DNA from: Camelus dromedarius
Lineage: Eukaryota
Reading direction: 5' to 3'
Length of the DNA: 64,000 bases
NCBI RefSeq assembly: GCF_036321535.1
Contig: NC_087447.1
Location: 51,834,001-51,898,000 of the forward strand
Each line of letters starts with the position of its first letter. Within the stretch, counting starts at the first letter, position 1. The notes below the pieces were generated by a model, which was given only the letters and a program-made list of their open reading frames with translations, made no database searches and had not been told where the DNA came from. This document shows, in pieces, positions 12,261 to 24,798 of this stretch. The translations under genes and the position numbers were made by a program.

Positions 12261-15200
12261 AATCTGAACTAACTGAGAAAACCCTGTATTGATATAAGTT
12301 TTATACTATGTTGATTAAAACTTCAGTTTCTATCACTAGCCAGATGGGGGCTTGATACTGAAATTAAAATCAGAAATTGAAAAAAAAATTTTTTTCACAC
12401 GAGGTTAACCTCAATTATTTTTATCAGCTAACTATATCTTGGCACCGTATCATAGTTCAGTTAAAAGCAGGTAAGTCTAGGTGAAAACTGAGAGGAGATA
12501 GGCAGTCACTTACACGGGTTCCAGGGGTACTTTGGCGGACAGAACACAAACTGGAGGACTTGACAGAGCTCATAAAATCACCACGAGCAGAGTCATGGCT
12601 CAGGCTCTTCTCTGGCATGTGTCCCTAGGACAGGACCTGGCAAAAACAGGTATTCAGTGTGCTAAATGAGTGAACACAGAACCAGAAACTGGGCATCACC
12701 CAGAAATGTGGGCAGTGTAGTCCACAAGGAAGAGGAAGCATGTTTAGGGAAAGCAGAAGCAGATTTTCTTCAGAAATTCAGGCAGACAGACCACTTGTAA
12801 CCCAGAAGTCAGCCACTGGGCAGTGGGGCTGCAGCCACTGGCTCTTAAGGAGTAGGTAGGTAAGCCTGTGGTCTCTGAGAGGGACTAAATAAAAGCAGGA
12901 TAGGGTCCAGGCCTAGGTGGAATTCGAGACAACAGTCAAGTTAACAGGGAAATGACTCAAGGATAGGAAAAGTAGGCAAAGTCCCAGGGCTGACCGTAGT
13001 TTGCACACAAGATTAGGGTGAGAACTGAGCAAAAAGGATGAAGGATCCCAGAGCTGGGGTGCGTGGTGGGCCTGAACTCGGAGGTAGAGTCTGAAGGCCT
13101 CTGGCCACAGAAGAGGCTGGCGATCTGGTGACCATGAAACCAACACAACCTCTAGATCAGTTTCCCAGACTTTTCCATTTTATGGATGAGTGAAAACACT
13201 GCCTCTTTATTTCTACACTTTTAAAAACTGACACACAGGGCTCATAATTGATTGTGTCAAATATGGAAAAAACTATTCTTTACTATGACTGTGATTTCAT
13301 ACACACACACACAGACACTTTAACGAACGTGCATACCCATACACAGAGAATCTCTGAATAAAGAGGTTTAATATCTGACTACACTTAACTTTATGAAAAC
13401 TGACATCTTCCTTATGTTTTTCAATTTTGTTGTGGACCAAGGAAATTTTTCATAGCTCAGCACTGGTCTGTGGACCTCTGTTTTGAAATATCTGCGGCAG
13501 ACCGATATTTTCACACTGTGATCCAGCTTTCCAGGCCACCACGGGGGAGAAGGAGGGGCAGGCCACCTGGGTCCAGCTCCAGCTTGCAGCGCCTAACTCC
13601 CTCTCCTGCAATATTCAAAGCAGCTCCCTCTCACCTGTTTGATATATTGTGTTCCATGTAAGATTTAGTTAACAAGCAATGCAAAACCAGAAAAGTTTGA
13701 AAATCACTGGTCCCCAAACTCCTAGTTTACCGTTGAAGAAACCAAGATCTACACACTGAATCAGTAACAAAGCTGAAATGAAAACCCAGGACTTTGACCC
13801 TCAATTCAGATCCTAGAGAAAGATGACCATACCCACTGATTTTTGCAGAGTTCAGAATCCTATGCAGAGCTGGACAAAACTGGATGTGTAATCATAACCA
13901 AGATCTTCAGGGGTCCCAGGTGGCCTTACCACTAAATTCAAAGCCCTAATTCTACTTGTAGCCAAAAATTAGAGTTCTATTGGGCTTTGGAATCTGGTCT
14001 GGGATCAATCCAACAATGATTTACAACCTTCCTTCACTAGAGATAAGCAGAAGTACGCAAAGACCAAAAAAGGGGGAACATCTCAAGAGACGTTTGGGAG
14101 CTTTCCAGAGCTTCTGGTGTTGAGGAGTTGGGATAAGATGCTCTCATTTCTAACAGTCTGTGGGTTTGGCAGGTAACTCTAGACTCAATCTATGTTGGCT
14201 GGCTGGGGTGGTGAGGGGGAGTGTCTGGTATACAAGGGAAAGCAGGAAGAAGGATCAGGGCTTAGGACAAAGAGAAAAGGGTCAGGTTTCTCCCTGTCTC
14301 CCTTTCCTCCTCCAGAGGGTCTGGACTTTGCTGCAGGTCAGGGCTGGAGCCTGTTCCAGGACAATGTAAAAGTGTCTGTGGGGATTTTATGGAGTTCATG
14401 TCCCAACTCAAAGCCTACTCTCAGGGCGACCAGACCCAGCTGCAGACAAAAAACAAAAAACAAACAAACAAAAGATTGGGGAGGAAGGTCTGATATTTCA
14501 GGGTTATTTAGAATAACATTTTTTTTAAAGGCATGAGGATTTCAGATCTGGCTGGAAACTGGTCTGGATGTTTATTTTCCTCATTGTCTCAGTGGAAAAA
14601 AAGGGTGGGTGATTCAGACAGCAGCCTCCGCCTCTGGGCTGGGGCCCGGGTCAGTCTCCACTCTGTTCTCTGCTCCTCAAGGGACCTGTGTCAGCCTGGA
14701 GAGAAGCTGCCTATCACTTCCCACATTGCCTCTAAGCTTCCAACAGGGGTCCCCCAGAAGAGCTGAGAGATTTGAGTTTAGTTTGGAAAAACAACAACAA
14801 CAAAACCCCAAAAAGCAAAAGGTAGGGGAGAGAACAAGGGAGGAAAAGGTCCTCCTAGGAATGAGAGAGAGAAAGGGTGAGGTCTATGAGAAAGGCCTCT
14901 TTCCTCCCCACCCTCCTGCACTCCCGGCTGCTCCCCGGCTCTCCCACTCACTGTGTCAAGGGGAGAAGGACCAAGGTCACCAGAAGGCATCTGGGTGGAC
15001 TGCCTGGCTCCACTGCAGCCCTCCCTGTTGTTGAAAGTCCAGCTAGAATACGGGGTCCTGACCTTTAAGGCACTAGTCACTCTCTGGAGAGGAAGGAGCT
15101 GTTTGAAGGCCCTGATAACATTCCTCCCCCTGGAGGCTGAAGATTTCCCCTAATGCATTCCCATGGGTATCATTAGATCCCAGAAAGGACCCAGGACCTA

Positions 15201-18200
15201 AAAGAATTCTGCTGTTGAGTTACTGGGGAAATTCACAGACAACTAGAAGTTTAAATATTTACCAAATATTTTAAGTGGGGAGGGGGCAGTCTCACCCAAA
15301 ATTTTAGTAGAGAAAAGGTGGGGAACAGATAAAGAACAGTTGGTTGGAACTCTGGGGAGTCTACTTTCTATAGAGTTAGTCATGCGACTACTGTGAAGTT
15401 CCTGCCAGGGAGTTCAAGAAGGGAAAAAGCTACAATGATAGACAGGATATGGAAGAGGCTCTGGCCTTCAAAATCTTCAAGAGTTACAAATGGGGCTCTG
15501 GTGACCTAAACTCCCTGAGCTCTAGGTCACAGGAGTTAGTTGGCTACTCTGAGATGGATCACGTTATCTTGCTAATTTAGCCCTTGAAGATTAATATGAA
15601 TGTATAGACAGCACTTCACTTTCCAAACGTTTTGTCCTCAGTGATTTATCAGCTTCTTGCTTCTCCTCCTTGCTGGCTATTTTGTGATTTATAAGCAGCC
15701 GTGGTAAACAGGTCTGTGAAAAAGGGTTCAGATAAATGAGAAGGGGTTAAAGCACACAGCCTTCGGATGGAGTGGAAAGCCTTGTGTTCTCCATCCGGCT
15801 ACACTGCTTTCTGGCTTTGTCCACCTGTAAACCTTAGCTTCTTTCCTGGTGCAATAGGGATAGTGTGAGCAGCCTTGCCTATCTTGTTTTGTTTATTTCT
15901 TTATACTCAAAGGAGACTGCACAAGTGTTTCTGTAGTCTGCAAAGTTCTTTAAAAACACCATCTACTTAAATCATATCCTGTTCATCTTGACCCATGGAT
16001 ATAAAAATCACCATTTTCACCACAAGCACTACACAAAACGCAGGGACACGAGCAGCTACTGTTCACACTGTGTGGCTACACACTTCCCAGCATCCTCCCA
16101 GCCCCTGCGAAGCAGCATCATCTCCACTTTACTAATGATAACACCTTAGAGACAGAGTTACTTGTTCAGCATCGTAGAGCAAATAATAGCAGGGTTGGGC
16201 TCGAGCGCAGCTAGCCTGCCTCTCAGAGTGTACGTGAGAGTGAGCACTGTGCAGGCCCTGGACCAGCTACTGAATAGAGGAAGGGGGGGGATGACTGGGA
16301 AGGAGAAGCCCTCAGCTTAGAGGACTCAAAGGGGTGAGCGAGCGCTTTCCTAACAGTGGATGACTCCTGAGCCCATGAATAATTCATCCAAGCTCTATGC
16401 TGGGAGCTGGTTCTTTCTGTGTGTGGTGCATCTGGTCAGGGACAGCTGCCCACGACTGGGCCACAAATGTGAGGACTTGGATGCGCCTGCTCATAAACAC
16501 AGCTCAGTGCAGCTTTCTGCTCCCTGGCTCAGGGGACTGAAGGCTATTTTGATTCCCAGAGGAAGGCGGGGTTCGTACTCTTCCATGTGCGTGCGTACAG
16601 ACACACACACACACACAAAACAAACAATAAGCAAACTCCACATATATGATATGACATGTGATATTCGTTCTTGGAATTGCTTTTCTTTCTTGATCATCAT
16701 CTCTGGTTTCCTTTTGGAAAGAGTTCTCTATCAGGAGGCTGTTTCCTCCACCCTTGTGTTGATGTTCGAACCCAGTGTCGCTCCTGCTCTGGTCTTGATC
16801 CTAGACAGGTTTTATCCTAGGCATTTTTGGCTAGCATATGTAAGGGATTGGAAGGTGGCAGCAGAAAGAAGCTGGGGGTGGCAAGAAGGATTAAAAAAGG
16901 CTCCATCTGTCATACAACATCTTCCAGCTGAAAGTGAAAAACAGTTTTTTTTTTTAAGGGTCTTATCACAACTCTAAGAAAAAAAAAAAAAAAAAGAAAG
17001 GAAAAAGTATCTGCTTGAAGGAGGCTCCCCATGGTATAAGACATTGCTACAGGACCAAGAGCAAGCAGGGATGTGCACTGCACAGGTCTAGGGGATACCT
17101 CTATGTGGAATACAATCTGAATTCTCCCTTGGGAAATATGAAACTTGAGGGGCTGCCAGTGGTCTAAGGTCTGTGTTGATGAATCCACAGAGAAGAAGAA
17201 TCATTGGGTAAGAAGAGGATTTTCTCTGTATTTGAAGAAAGGAAACTGAGATCCTGATCAAGTGACTTCTTCACATCATCCTAGAGTTGTGATTTGAGCT
17301 CAGGCATCTTCACCCCCCGCCTACAGGCTCACCAATAGAGCCATCAAGATTAAAGCTCTAGAAGTTACCAAATTCTTGGAACATTCTAGCCCAAGGATTT
17401 GAGCAATAGGTTGGTGAGGAGGGAAACCTGAGCCAGCTGTAGGACCTGGTGGAAGTGGTCAAAAGGGTCTTCCAACCTAACACGTGGCATCCACAGGGGC
17501 AAAAACATTCGAGCTTGGTTCTGGCATATGTTCATATTCCAGGAGGTCCGGGACAGAGACAACATATTATAATGCAAAGTCAGACCTGGGTTAGACTAGA
17601 ATCCTGGCTCTGTCATTTTCTAGCCCTGACCTTGAGTCAAAAATTGTAGCTTCCTCAAAGGATTACTATGAATTTTTAATTGGAATTTATGTAGAGTCCC
17701 TACTTTACATAGAATAGGTACTCAATACACAATTTCTATTATTTCTTTCTGTGGCCACCGAGGGTTAGGTAACAGCACAAGGTGTTCCTTGCATAAGACA
17801 GGTGCTGATGCCAACACTCAGGCGACTGGACTGTTCTCAACAAGCCCCAGCAGAAGGAGAGCAGTGCTGTATTAAGGAAGAGTCTTGGGCAAATGCGAGT
17901 TGGATGGCCCATCTGAACCCGGCCAAGGCAAGGGTGTGGACAGAGAAGAGCTTTAGTCCTAGAGTGTTAGGCGGGGAAGAAACAGCACATTTCCTTCTTT
18001 GAAAAAAATGGAAATAAAGTGATTAAACGAAATAAGGTACTTAAGTGAACGTAGGTCGTCAAGTGTTAATTTCCTTCCTGCTTTTCCTCCAGATCTTGAC
18101 TCTCAGCTAAAAGAAACACTGACTTGGGTGATTAATCTCTAATCCTTTACTAGAGATATTTTACAGATACACTTTTAAGAAAGCTTCTACATTAAAACAT

Positions 18201-18492
18201 ACCCCATTATATGGCTGAATCTTTTTACATACCAGATTCTGCTTCAAGAGGGAAGAAAAGCCTATTGTCTGCATCAGAAAGATCGCACAAAGAATCCTGA
18301 GCCTCTATCATAGACAGACAGTATCCTTGCTCTGGTAATTAAACCACCAGACATCTAATAAAATAGTCTCTTTAAAAAAAGAAGTTAAAGGTTAAAGGGA
18401 ATATATTATTTAATAAACTAGGCTGTTGAAAAAATACTGACTTGATCATTTGTCACCCCCTTAATACCTTCCCTTCCTTTCCTTCCCTTACT

Positions 18493-18532
18493 GAGCTGGT
18501 GCTGCACGAGCTGGTGCTGCACGAGCTGGTGC
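18493..18532. repeat. 15-bp tandem repeat GAGCTGGTGCTGCAC x2.7 inside an L2 3' fragment (about 18470-18735)
   Basis: Read directly. The L2-type tail aagtgctccataaaggttggctgaatgaatgaatgaa follows. Confidence 0.9.
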
Positions 18533-19339
18533 CTCCATCCTCGGTGATATCCCTGTTACAGTACTTCCCTGTCACTGTCTGGTTGTATGTCTGTCCCCTC
18601 CTCTAGACCATGATGTCTGGGCACTGGAACTCTACTGTTTATCTTTGTAGTCTGTAGCCTCAGTGATTATGACAAAGACTGTCACAGAATAAGTGCTCCA
18701 TAAAGGTTGGCTGAATGAATGAATGAACAAATGAATCTTCCTACCACAGAGAGCAAGCCCAGATAACATAGTTCTAAATATTTACATTCGAATGGTACTT
18801 AAATTCTATACAGTAAAAGTAAGAATTTAGACAATAATTTTTTAAAATATGTGATTAAAATAAAAGATATTTGCACCAAGAGTAATTTCTGCTACATCTC
18901 AAGGATATGTTTTTCTTGGTAGGCACCTCTAATCCCACAAGGAAATAATTCAATTAAAGCAATTTGCTTTCTGGTTACTTTCACCCCTAATGATACCTAT
19001 TTCCTAAAAAGCTGAGGTGTTCCTTGGACTTATTTCTCACACTTACGGAAGCTTTGAGACTAGGGAATCTATGGGTTTTTCTCCTGTTTTTTTTTTTTTT
19101 TATTCCTTTCTTATTTTCTTCCTTTTTATTGCAAGATCATTTTATTCCTTTGTTAGGAGTAAGATAAAATGAAAACAAAACCCAAATCCATTAAGTCTAT
19201 AATAACAAAGACTTGAGGAAAACAGAAAATTCCACACAGGAAGCAAAGATTATATCAAAGAACTTAAGAGTAAGATGGGGCTCATAATCCTTCCTCAACG
19301 AAGATCACAGAATTCCTAGGGCAGGACGTCTAGTCCAGG

Positions 19340-21275
19340 CACAATCAGCTACATAATCTGCAGGGCCCAATGCAAAGTGAAAATGTGGGGCCTCTTGCTC
19401 AGAAATTCACTTTCAACACAAATAAATGGAAAGACACCTTGTGTTTATGGATTTGAAGAATTTACATGGTTAGAATGTCCACAGTATGCAAAATCACCTA
19501 AAGATTCAGTGCAGTACTTATCAAGATGCCAATGGCATTTAAAAAAAAAAACAAAAACAGAAATAGGAAAAACGATCCTAAAATTCACATGGAACCACAA
19601 AAGATTCCAAACAGCCAAAGCAATTCAGAGAAGGAAGAACAAAGTTGGAGGCATCATACTTCCTGATGTCAAACTACATTATAAAGCTATAGTAATAAAG
19701 TATGGTACTGGCATAAAAACACACCCATAGACCAACGGAATAGAATAGAGAACCCCAATATATGATCAATTAATATTTGATAAGGGAGCCAAGAATATTC
19801 AATGGAGAAAAGTTTTGTCAATAAATGGTGTTGGGAAAACTGGATATTCATACGCAAGAGAAAGAAACTAGAACCCTATCTTACACAATGCACAAAAATC
19901 AACTCAAAATGGATTAAAGACTTAAACATATGGCCTGAAAACATAAAAATCCTAAAAGAAAACATAGAGGAAAAGTTCTTTGACATTGGTCTTGGCAATG
20001 ATTTTTTGGATATGACATCAAAAGCACAAGCAAGAAAAGCAAAAACAAACAAGTAGAACGACATTAAACAAAAAAGCTTCTGCACAGCAAAAGACACGAC
20101 AAAATTAAAAGACAATTTAAGGAATGGGAAAAAATATTTGCAAACCTTACATCTGACAAGGGGTTAATATTCAAAATATATAAGGAACTCATATAACTCA
20201 ACAGCAAAAAAATCAAATAACCCGATTAAAAAATGGGCAAAGGACCTGAATAGACATTTTTCCAAAGTAGATATTCAAATGATCAACAGGTACCTGAAAA
20301 GGTGGTCAACATCACTAATCATAAGGGAAATGCAAATCAAATGAAAACCATAATGAGATATCACTTCACCTCTGTTAAATGGCTATTATCAAAAAGATAA
20401 CAGGTAAGTGCAAACATGGATGTGGAAAAGAGGGAACTGTTGGTGGGAATATAAATTGTTGCAGCCATTATGGAAAACACTATGAAGGTTACTCAAAAAA
20501 TTAAATACAGAACTACCATATGATCCACCAGTTTCCCTTCTGGGTATATACCCCAAGGAGTTGAAATCACTGTCTGGCTATCTGGAAGAGAGATCTGCCC
20601 CTTCGTGTTCACTGCAGCAGTATTTACAACAGCCACAACATGAAAACAACCTAAATGTCCACTGAGGAATGAATGGATAAAAAAAAATGGTTAACAAATA
20701 CATAAAATCCACCATAAAAAAGAAGGTAATGTTGCTATGTGTGATGACATGGATGAAACGTGAGGCTATTATGTTAAGTGAAATAAGTCAGACAGAGAAA
20801 AACAAAAACTGTATAATCTCACTTATATGCAGAATCTAAAATAATCAAACCCATAAAAACAGAGAACATATTGGTAGTTTCTAGGGGTGGGGAAAATGAG
20901 TGAGGGTCAAAGAGTACAAATTTCCATTTGTAAAATGAGTAAGTCCTGGGGATGTAATACACAGCATGGTGACTATAGTTAGCTATACTGTAACAAATGT
21001 AAAGCAGAAAGCCAATAAGAGAGTGGATCTTAAAAGTTCTCATCACACACACAAATCATAACTATGTGCGGTGACAGATGTGGTAACTAACCTTATCATG
21101 GTAATCATTTGGCAATATACACATATGTAAAATCATCATGTTGTATTCCTTAAACTTACACAATTAAAAAAAATTAAGAACTTCAAGATGGCAATAGCAG
21201 AGCGTTAAACCAGGTGCAGGGTTGAGCCTGGAGTATCACAACTGAACAGGTCACATACCCATGGAGCTGGCCCTA
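19340..21275 (-). mobile_element. MER45A (hAT-Tip100), split in two (about 19340-19408 and 21170-21275) by an L1
   Basis: The halves gctacataatctgcagggcccaatgcaaagtgaaaatgtggggcc and aagaacttcaagatggcaatagcagagcgttaaacc…cccatggagctggccct join into reverse MER45A. A perfect 8-bp TSD, agtccagg, lies at 19332-19339 and 21276-21283. Confidence 0.85.
19410..21172 (+). mobile_element. 5'-truncated L1 (L1MA9-like): ORF2 C-terminal remnant plus 3' UTR
   Basis: Broken ORF2 peptides ([10 protein letters not shown]…[26 protein letters not shown]…PYLT…KINSKWIKDLN), an L1MA-type 3' UTR and an A tail. Confidence 0.92.
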
Positions 21276-21279
21276 AGTC

Positions 21280-22400
21280 CAGGGGGTCCCAAACCTGGCT
21301 GGTCATCAGAATCACCTGAGGAACTTAAAAAAATCTCTGAGGTATAATTTACATACCATAAATGTCACCATTTTGAAGTGCAAACTTCAGTAGATTTTCG
21401 TATATTCACAAAATTGTATAACCACCACCATTCTCTAACCTCAGAACACTTTATCACCCCCAAAGAAGCTCTGTTCTCATTAACAGTCACTTCCCATTCC
21501 CCTACTCTTAACCAACAATCTACCGCCTGTCTCTATGAATTTGCCTATTCTGGACAATTCATATAAATAGAATTATAAACTATATGATTCTTTGCGTCTT
21601 CTTCCATTTAACATAATGTTTTAAAGGCTCAGACATGTTGTAGAATGTATCAATATTTCATTCTTTTTAATGGCTGAATAATACAACCATACACACACAT
21701 ACAACATATCACATTTTGTTTATTCATTAAAGAACATTTGGGTTGTGTCCACATTTTGATTATTATGAATAGCGCTGTTAACAAACATTTGTGTATAATT
21801 TTTGTGTGAACATATGCTTTTATTTCTCTTGACTATATGCCTAGGAGTGGAATTGCTGGGTCACAGGTTTAACTGTTTCAAAAACTACCACACTGCTTTC
21901 TGCAGTAGCTGTACCATTTTACATTCCCACCAGCAATGTATGTGGTAAGATGCATGAGCAATGTATGTTTCTCCATATCCTTGTCAACACTTGTCATTGT
22001 CCACAGTTCTGACTACAGCCATCACAGTGAGTATGAAGTGGTATCTCATCGTGGTTTTATTTTTCATTTCCCTAATGATTAATCATTCGTAAATGATTGA
22101 TCATTTGTATATCTTCTCTGGATAACTATCTGTTCAGATCCTTTGCCCATTTTCAAAATGAGGTTATTTGTCTTTTTGTTGTTGTTACTGAGTTCTAAGA
22201 ATTCTTTTTATATTCTAGATTCTAGACCCTTCTCAGATGTAATTTGGCAATAATTTTTTTCCCATTCTGTAAGGAAGAACTTTGTAAAACTGTTGATTCC
22301 TCAGCTCCAAGCCAGATTTACCAAATCAGTACCTATCAGATAAAATATAAAAGTTTTTAGGGTGTTTCTGATGTACCCACCAGGTCTGTGAATGAATAGT
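21280..22400. mobile_element. MER5-family (hAT-Charlie) element split by a minus-strand L1
   Basis: cagggggtcccaaacctggctggtcatcagaatcacctgaggaactt (21280-21330) resumes near 22275 with …gattcctcagctcc…gtgtttctgatgtac. Confidence 0.6.
21335..22275 (-). mobile_element. L1MB-type 3' end
   Basis: gaggtataatttacataccataaa…ctaggagtggaattgctgggtca…gtggtatctcatcgtggtttt is the reverse L1 3' region. Confidence 0.9.
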
Positions 22401-22406
22401 CCAAAC

Positions 22407-23275
22407 CTGTGCTTCTTAAACTTCAATATGTAAAAAATAAAATCACCTAGAGATCTTAATAAAATGTGGATTCTGAGGGAAATAGAAAAGTATCATTGGA
22501 ATACCACAGGAATAACTGTTGCAAACATGATCCACTGACGAATGCTAAAATTTGTGGACAAAAGTTTAAGGAGAAATTGGATATTTGCACATTACTAAAG
22601 TATTTCCTCCAAAATATTTATTAATTACAAAAGCAAAAATAGTAGCTTCACAGTGAAAGAAGTTGGCAGATACCACTAATCTAGGTTAACATGACCAGTA
22701 ATAAGTCATATTGACACCACGTGCCCCCAACACACGAGAGAAAGGCACACCACCTTTGTGGTGGTCTCCCCAAAACCAATAACCTCAATCCAATGAGAAA
22801 ATGTCAGACAAATCCAGCTTGAGGGAAGTTCTACAAAATACCGACTCGTACTCTTTAAAGTGCCAAGGTCAAGAACAAGACAGACTGAGGAACTATCACA
22901 GATTGGTGGAGTCCTGGCGATGTAACCACCACATCTAACGTGCTATCCTGTGTTAAATCCTGAACAGAGCAAAGAAACCGGTGAAAAAGAGGTGAAATCT
23001 GTAGTCAACAGCATTGTACCAATCGATGCTAACTGCTCAGTTCTGACAACTGTAGCCTGGTTAAGCAGGGCAGTAACGTTAGGGAAAGGTGTATGGGAAC
23101 TTGCAGGACAATTTCTGCATCTCGTTTGTAAGCCTAACATTATTTCAGAATAAGAACTTTTAAAAATGCACAGGCTCTGATTCTGTACGTCTGAGTGGAA
23201 GCCTTCCACCTTTCTAACAAGTTCCCAGGAGAGGCTGATGCTATTGGTCCACAAACCGCACTCTGAGTAGCGAGA
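22407..23275. mobile_element. MER5-family element split by an L1MC-type 3' fragment (about 22477-23170, +)
   Basis: gcttcttaaactt…aatcacctagagatcttaataaaatgtggattctga resumes as ctctgattctgta…tctaacaagttcccagg…gctgatgct…ggtccacaaaccgcactctgagtagc. The insert has tcagacaaatccagcttgaggga and ggtatgggaact…tttctgcatct motifs. Confidence 0.65.
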
Positions 23276-23282
23276 GCCTAGA

Positions 23283-23445
23283 TAAGGGGTCCTCAAACTT
23301 AACCACGCCTCAGTCTCACCTGGCAGGTTAGTTATGACACAGCGCGCTGGGCCTCACCCCCAGAGTTTTGATTCACGAAGTCTGGGGTGGGGCCCACGAA
23401 TTCGCATTTCCAACAGGTTCCCAGATGAAGCAGATGTTGCTGATG
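23283..23445. mobile_element. MER5A
   Basis: ggtcctcaaactt…gctgggcctcacccccagagttttgattca…gtctggggtggggccc…gcatttccaacaggttcccagatga. Confidence 0.85.
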
Positions 23446-24449
23446 AGCTAAGAATGGCATTTATGTTTTTAAAGGGCTGTAAATAATTTAGAAAACAGGA
23501 ATATGACACAGACTGTATGTGGCCTTCAAATATGTACTGAAAACACATGCTGAGCCCTAGACCCCTGCTACTCAGAATGGAGCTTTTAAAAGACACTAAT
23601 GCCTAGGTCCCATCCCTGAGACTCTTAGTTAACTGATTTGACACGGGTCCCTGGCATCGACATTTTAAAAGTTACTCCTCTTTAACTCTGACGTATAACC
23701 TGGTAAAGAATGGCTACTCTAGGCTCTCCACCTGCCTCAAAACACCCTGCTCCTCAGTCATCCCAGAGCTGAGGAAACAAATGTCAAAGAGCATTTCTGC
23801 AATTTGAAACGCATTTCAAACAGTTGAGCTACTCTTTTTGTGAAGGTTAACAAAACCCAAACACAAATCATTATTTCCTCCCTCACCTGTCCCCTCCCAA
23901 GTGAGTAGAATGAACACTGGATTATACATCAGTAATAATCACAAAGGATCCCAAACCTCCCCCTGTCCAAAAAAAAAAAAGGCAAGTGTGACTGTGCAGG
24001 ATGGTCTGAAACAGATGGCTAGGATGGACAGAGATGGCGCAGAGAAGGGATTAGGTGTGAGCTGCTATGGGGTGGCTAACAGGTGAACAGATGACAGGGT
24101 ACAGAGAGCTAGAGAGCGGAGGGAAGGGGAGAGAGGTGCAGGGCTGAGACATGGGGTGGTGTGCAGGCACCCGAAGAAACATCACCAAGTACCTTGAGCT
24201 GCATTCACAACCCCAGTGTATTTACACTCACTGTTTCCCACTTGAATGTAAACAGGCTAGGAGGCCCTCTAACATTTGGCAAACCCAAAGGCTCTTAGCC
24301 TTTGCCTGACTCCTCTGCCAGAGAGGACAGCCTTTAGCTACAGCCTGCTCTCCTTGCTTAAGGAGTGTGAAGGCCTTCATCTTAGCCCCAGTCACCAAGC
24401 CTCTTCCAGGAAGCACCTGGCCACTCCCGAGAAAGGTGCGTGTTCGCTC

Positions 24450-24455
24450 CCGTAC
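24450..24455 (-). promoter_or_regulatory. Splice donor of the GAB2 exon
   Basis: CAG|GTACGG falls where similarity to GAB2 (…QAEEST-D) stops. Confidence 0.9.
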
Positions 24456-24756
24456 CTGTGCTCTCCTCGGCCTGATTGAAGCCGCAGATCTGGCAGATGC
24501 TCTGGACCCACTTATTCATGTCCTCCTCCGTCTCGGCCACCAGGTAAAAGGTGCGCTCGCTGGTCTTGATGTCAAACACAAAACTATCCTGCAGCTCCTT
24601 CTTGTTGAAGGTCAGGCCTGCATCCACCTGCTCGCAGAAGTTCAGGTTGATGATCCGCAGGGGCTTCTTGGAGTGATCATTCTTGTAGTACTCCAGCACA
24701 TCCGGGTCACCACTCATCCGGCCACTCCGCAGGATAAACCAGCGTTTCTTCCAGGC
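24456..24756 (-). CDS. GAB2: GAB2 (GRB2-associated binding protein 2) internal coding exon (canonical exon 2), PH domain
   Basis: Minus strand reads polypyrimidine tract ...tccctcctgtccag|GCC TGG AAG AAA CGC TGG and translates [100 protein letters not shown]. It ends at ACAG|gtacgg. Length is 301 nt (phase 0 in, phase 1 out). The peptide matches the GAB2 PH domain as I recall it. Confidence 0.97.
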
Positions 24757-24798
24757 CTGGACAGGAGGGAGTAAGAAGAGGGGGAAACATCATTAGTG
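24757..24798 (-). promoter_or_regulatory. Splice acceptor, polypyrimidine tract and candidate branch point of the GAB2 exon
   Basis: Minus strand: cactaat gatgtttccccctcttcttactccctcctgtccag. CACTAAT fits the YNYTRAY branch consensus with the branch A near -37, and there is no intervening AG. Confidence 0.8.

Noticed and set aside
13155..13500. Possible degenerate hAT-Charlie element (also about 41650-42130)
   Set aside because: The termini look hAT-like, but I could not assign a family or TSD with confidence.
16360..16977. Longest ORF in the track (205 aa)
   Set aside because: It runs through a CA repeat and a T run, has no recognisable domain and no clear exon structure. It is probably a chance ORF.
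19377..20056. ORFs with reverse-transcriptase/ORF2-like peptides (also 29957-30220 and 56933-57184)
   Set aside because: These are frameshifted L1 ORF2 remnants in 5'-truncated copies, not functional genes.
24382..24455. C-terminal extension ([12 protein letters not shown]…) of ORF 24382-24717
   Set aside because: This is read-through past the GT donor at 24455 into the intron. I saw no nearby polyA signal supporting a terminal exon.
1..24455. Further GAB2 exons (exon 3 onward) or exon 1
   Set aside because: No ORF or segment that I could see resembles other GAB2 coding sequence. These exons probably lie outside the window.
24367..24774. 135-aa plus-strand ORF overlapping the GAB2 exon
   Set aside because: It is nearly coextensive with the real exon on the opposite strand, starts at GTG and resembles no protein I know. 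This is a typical antisense shadow ORF.
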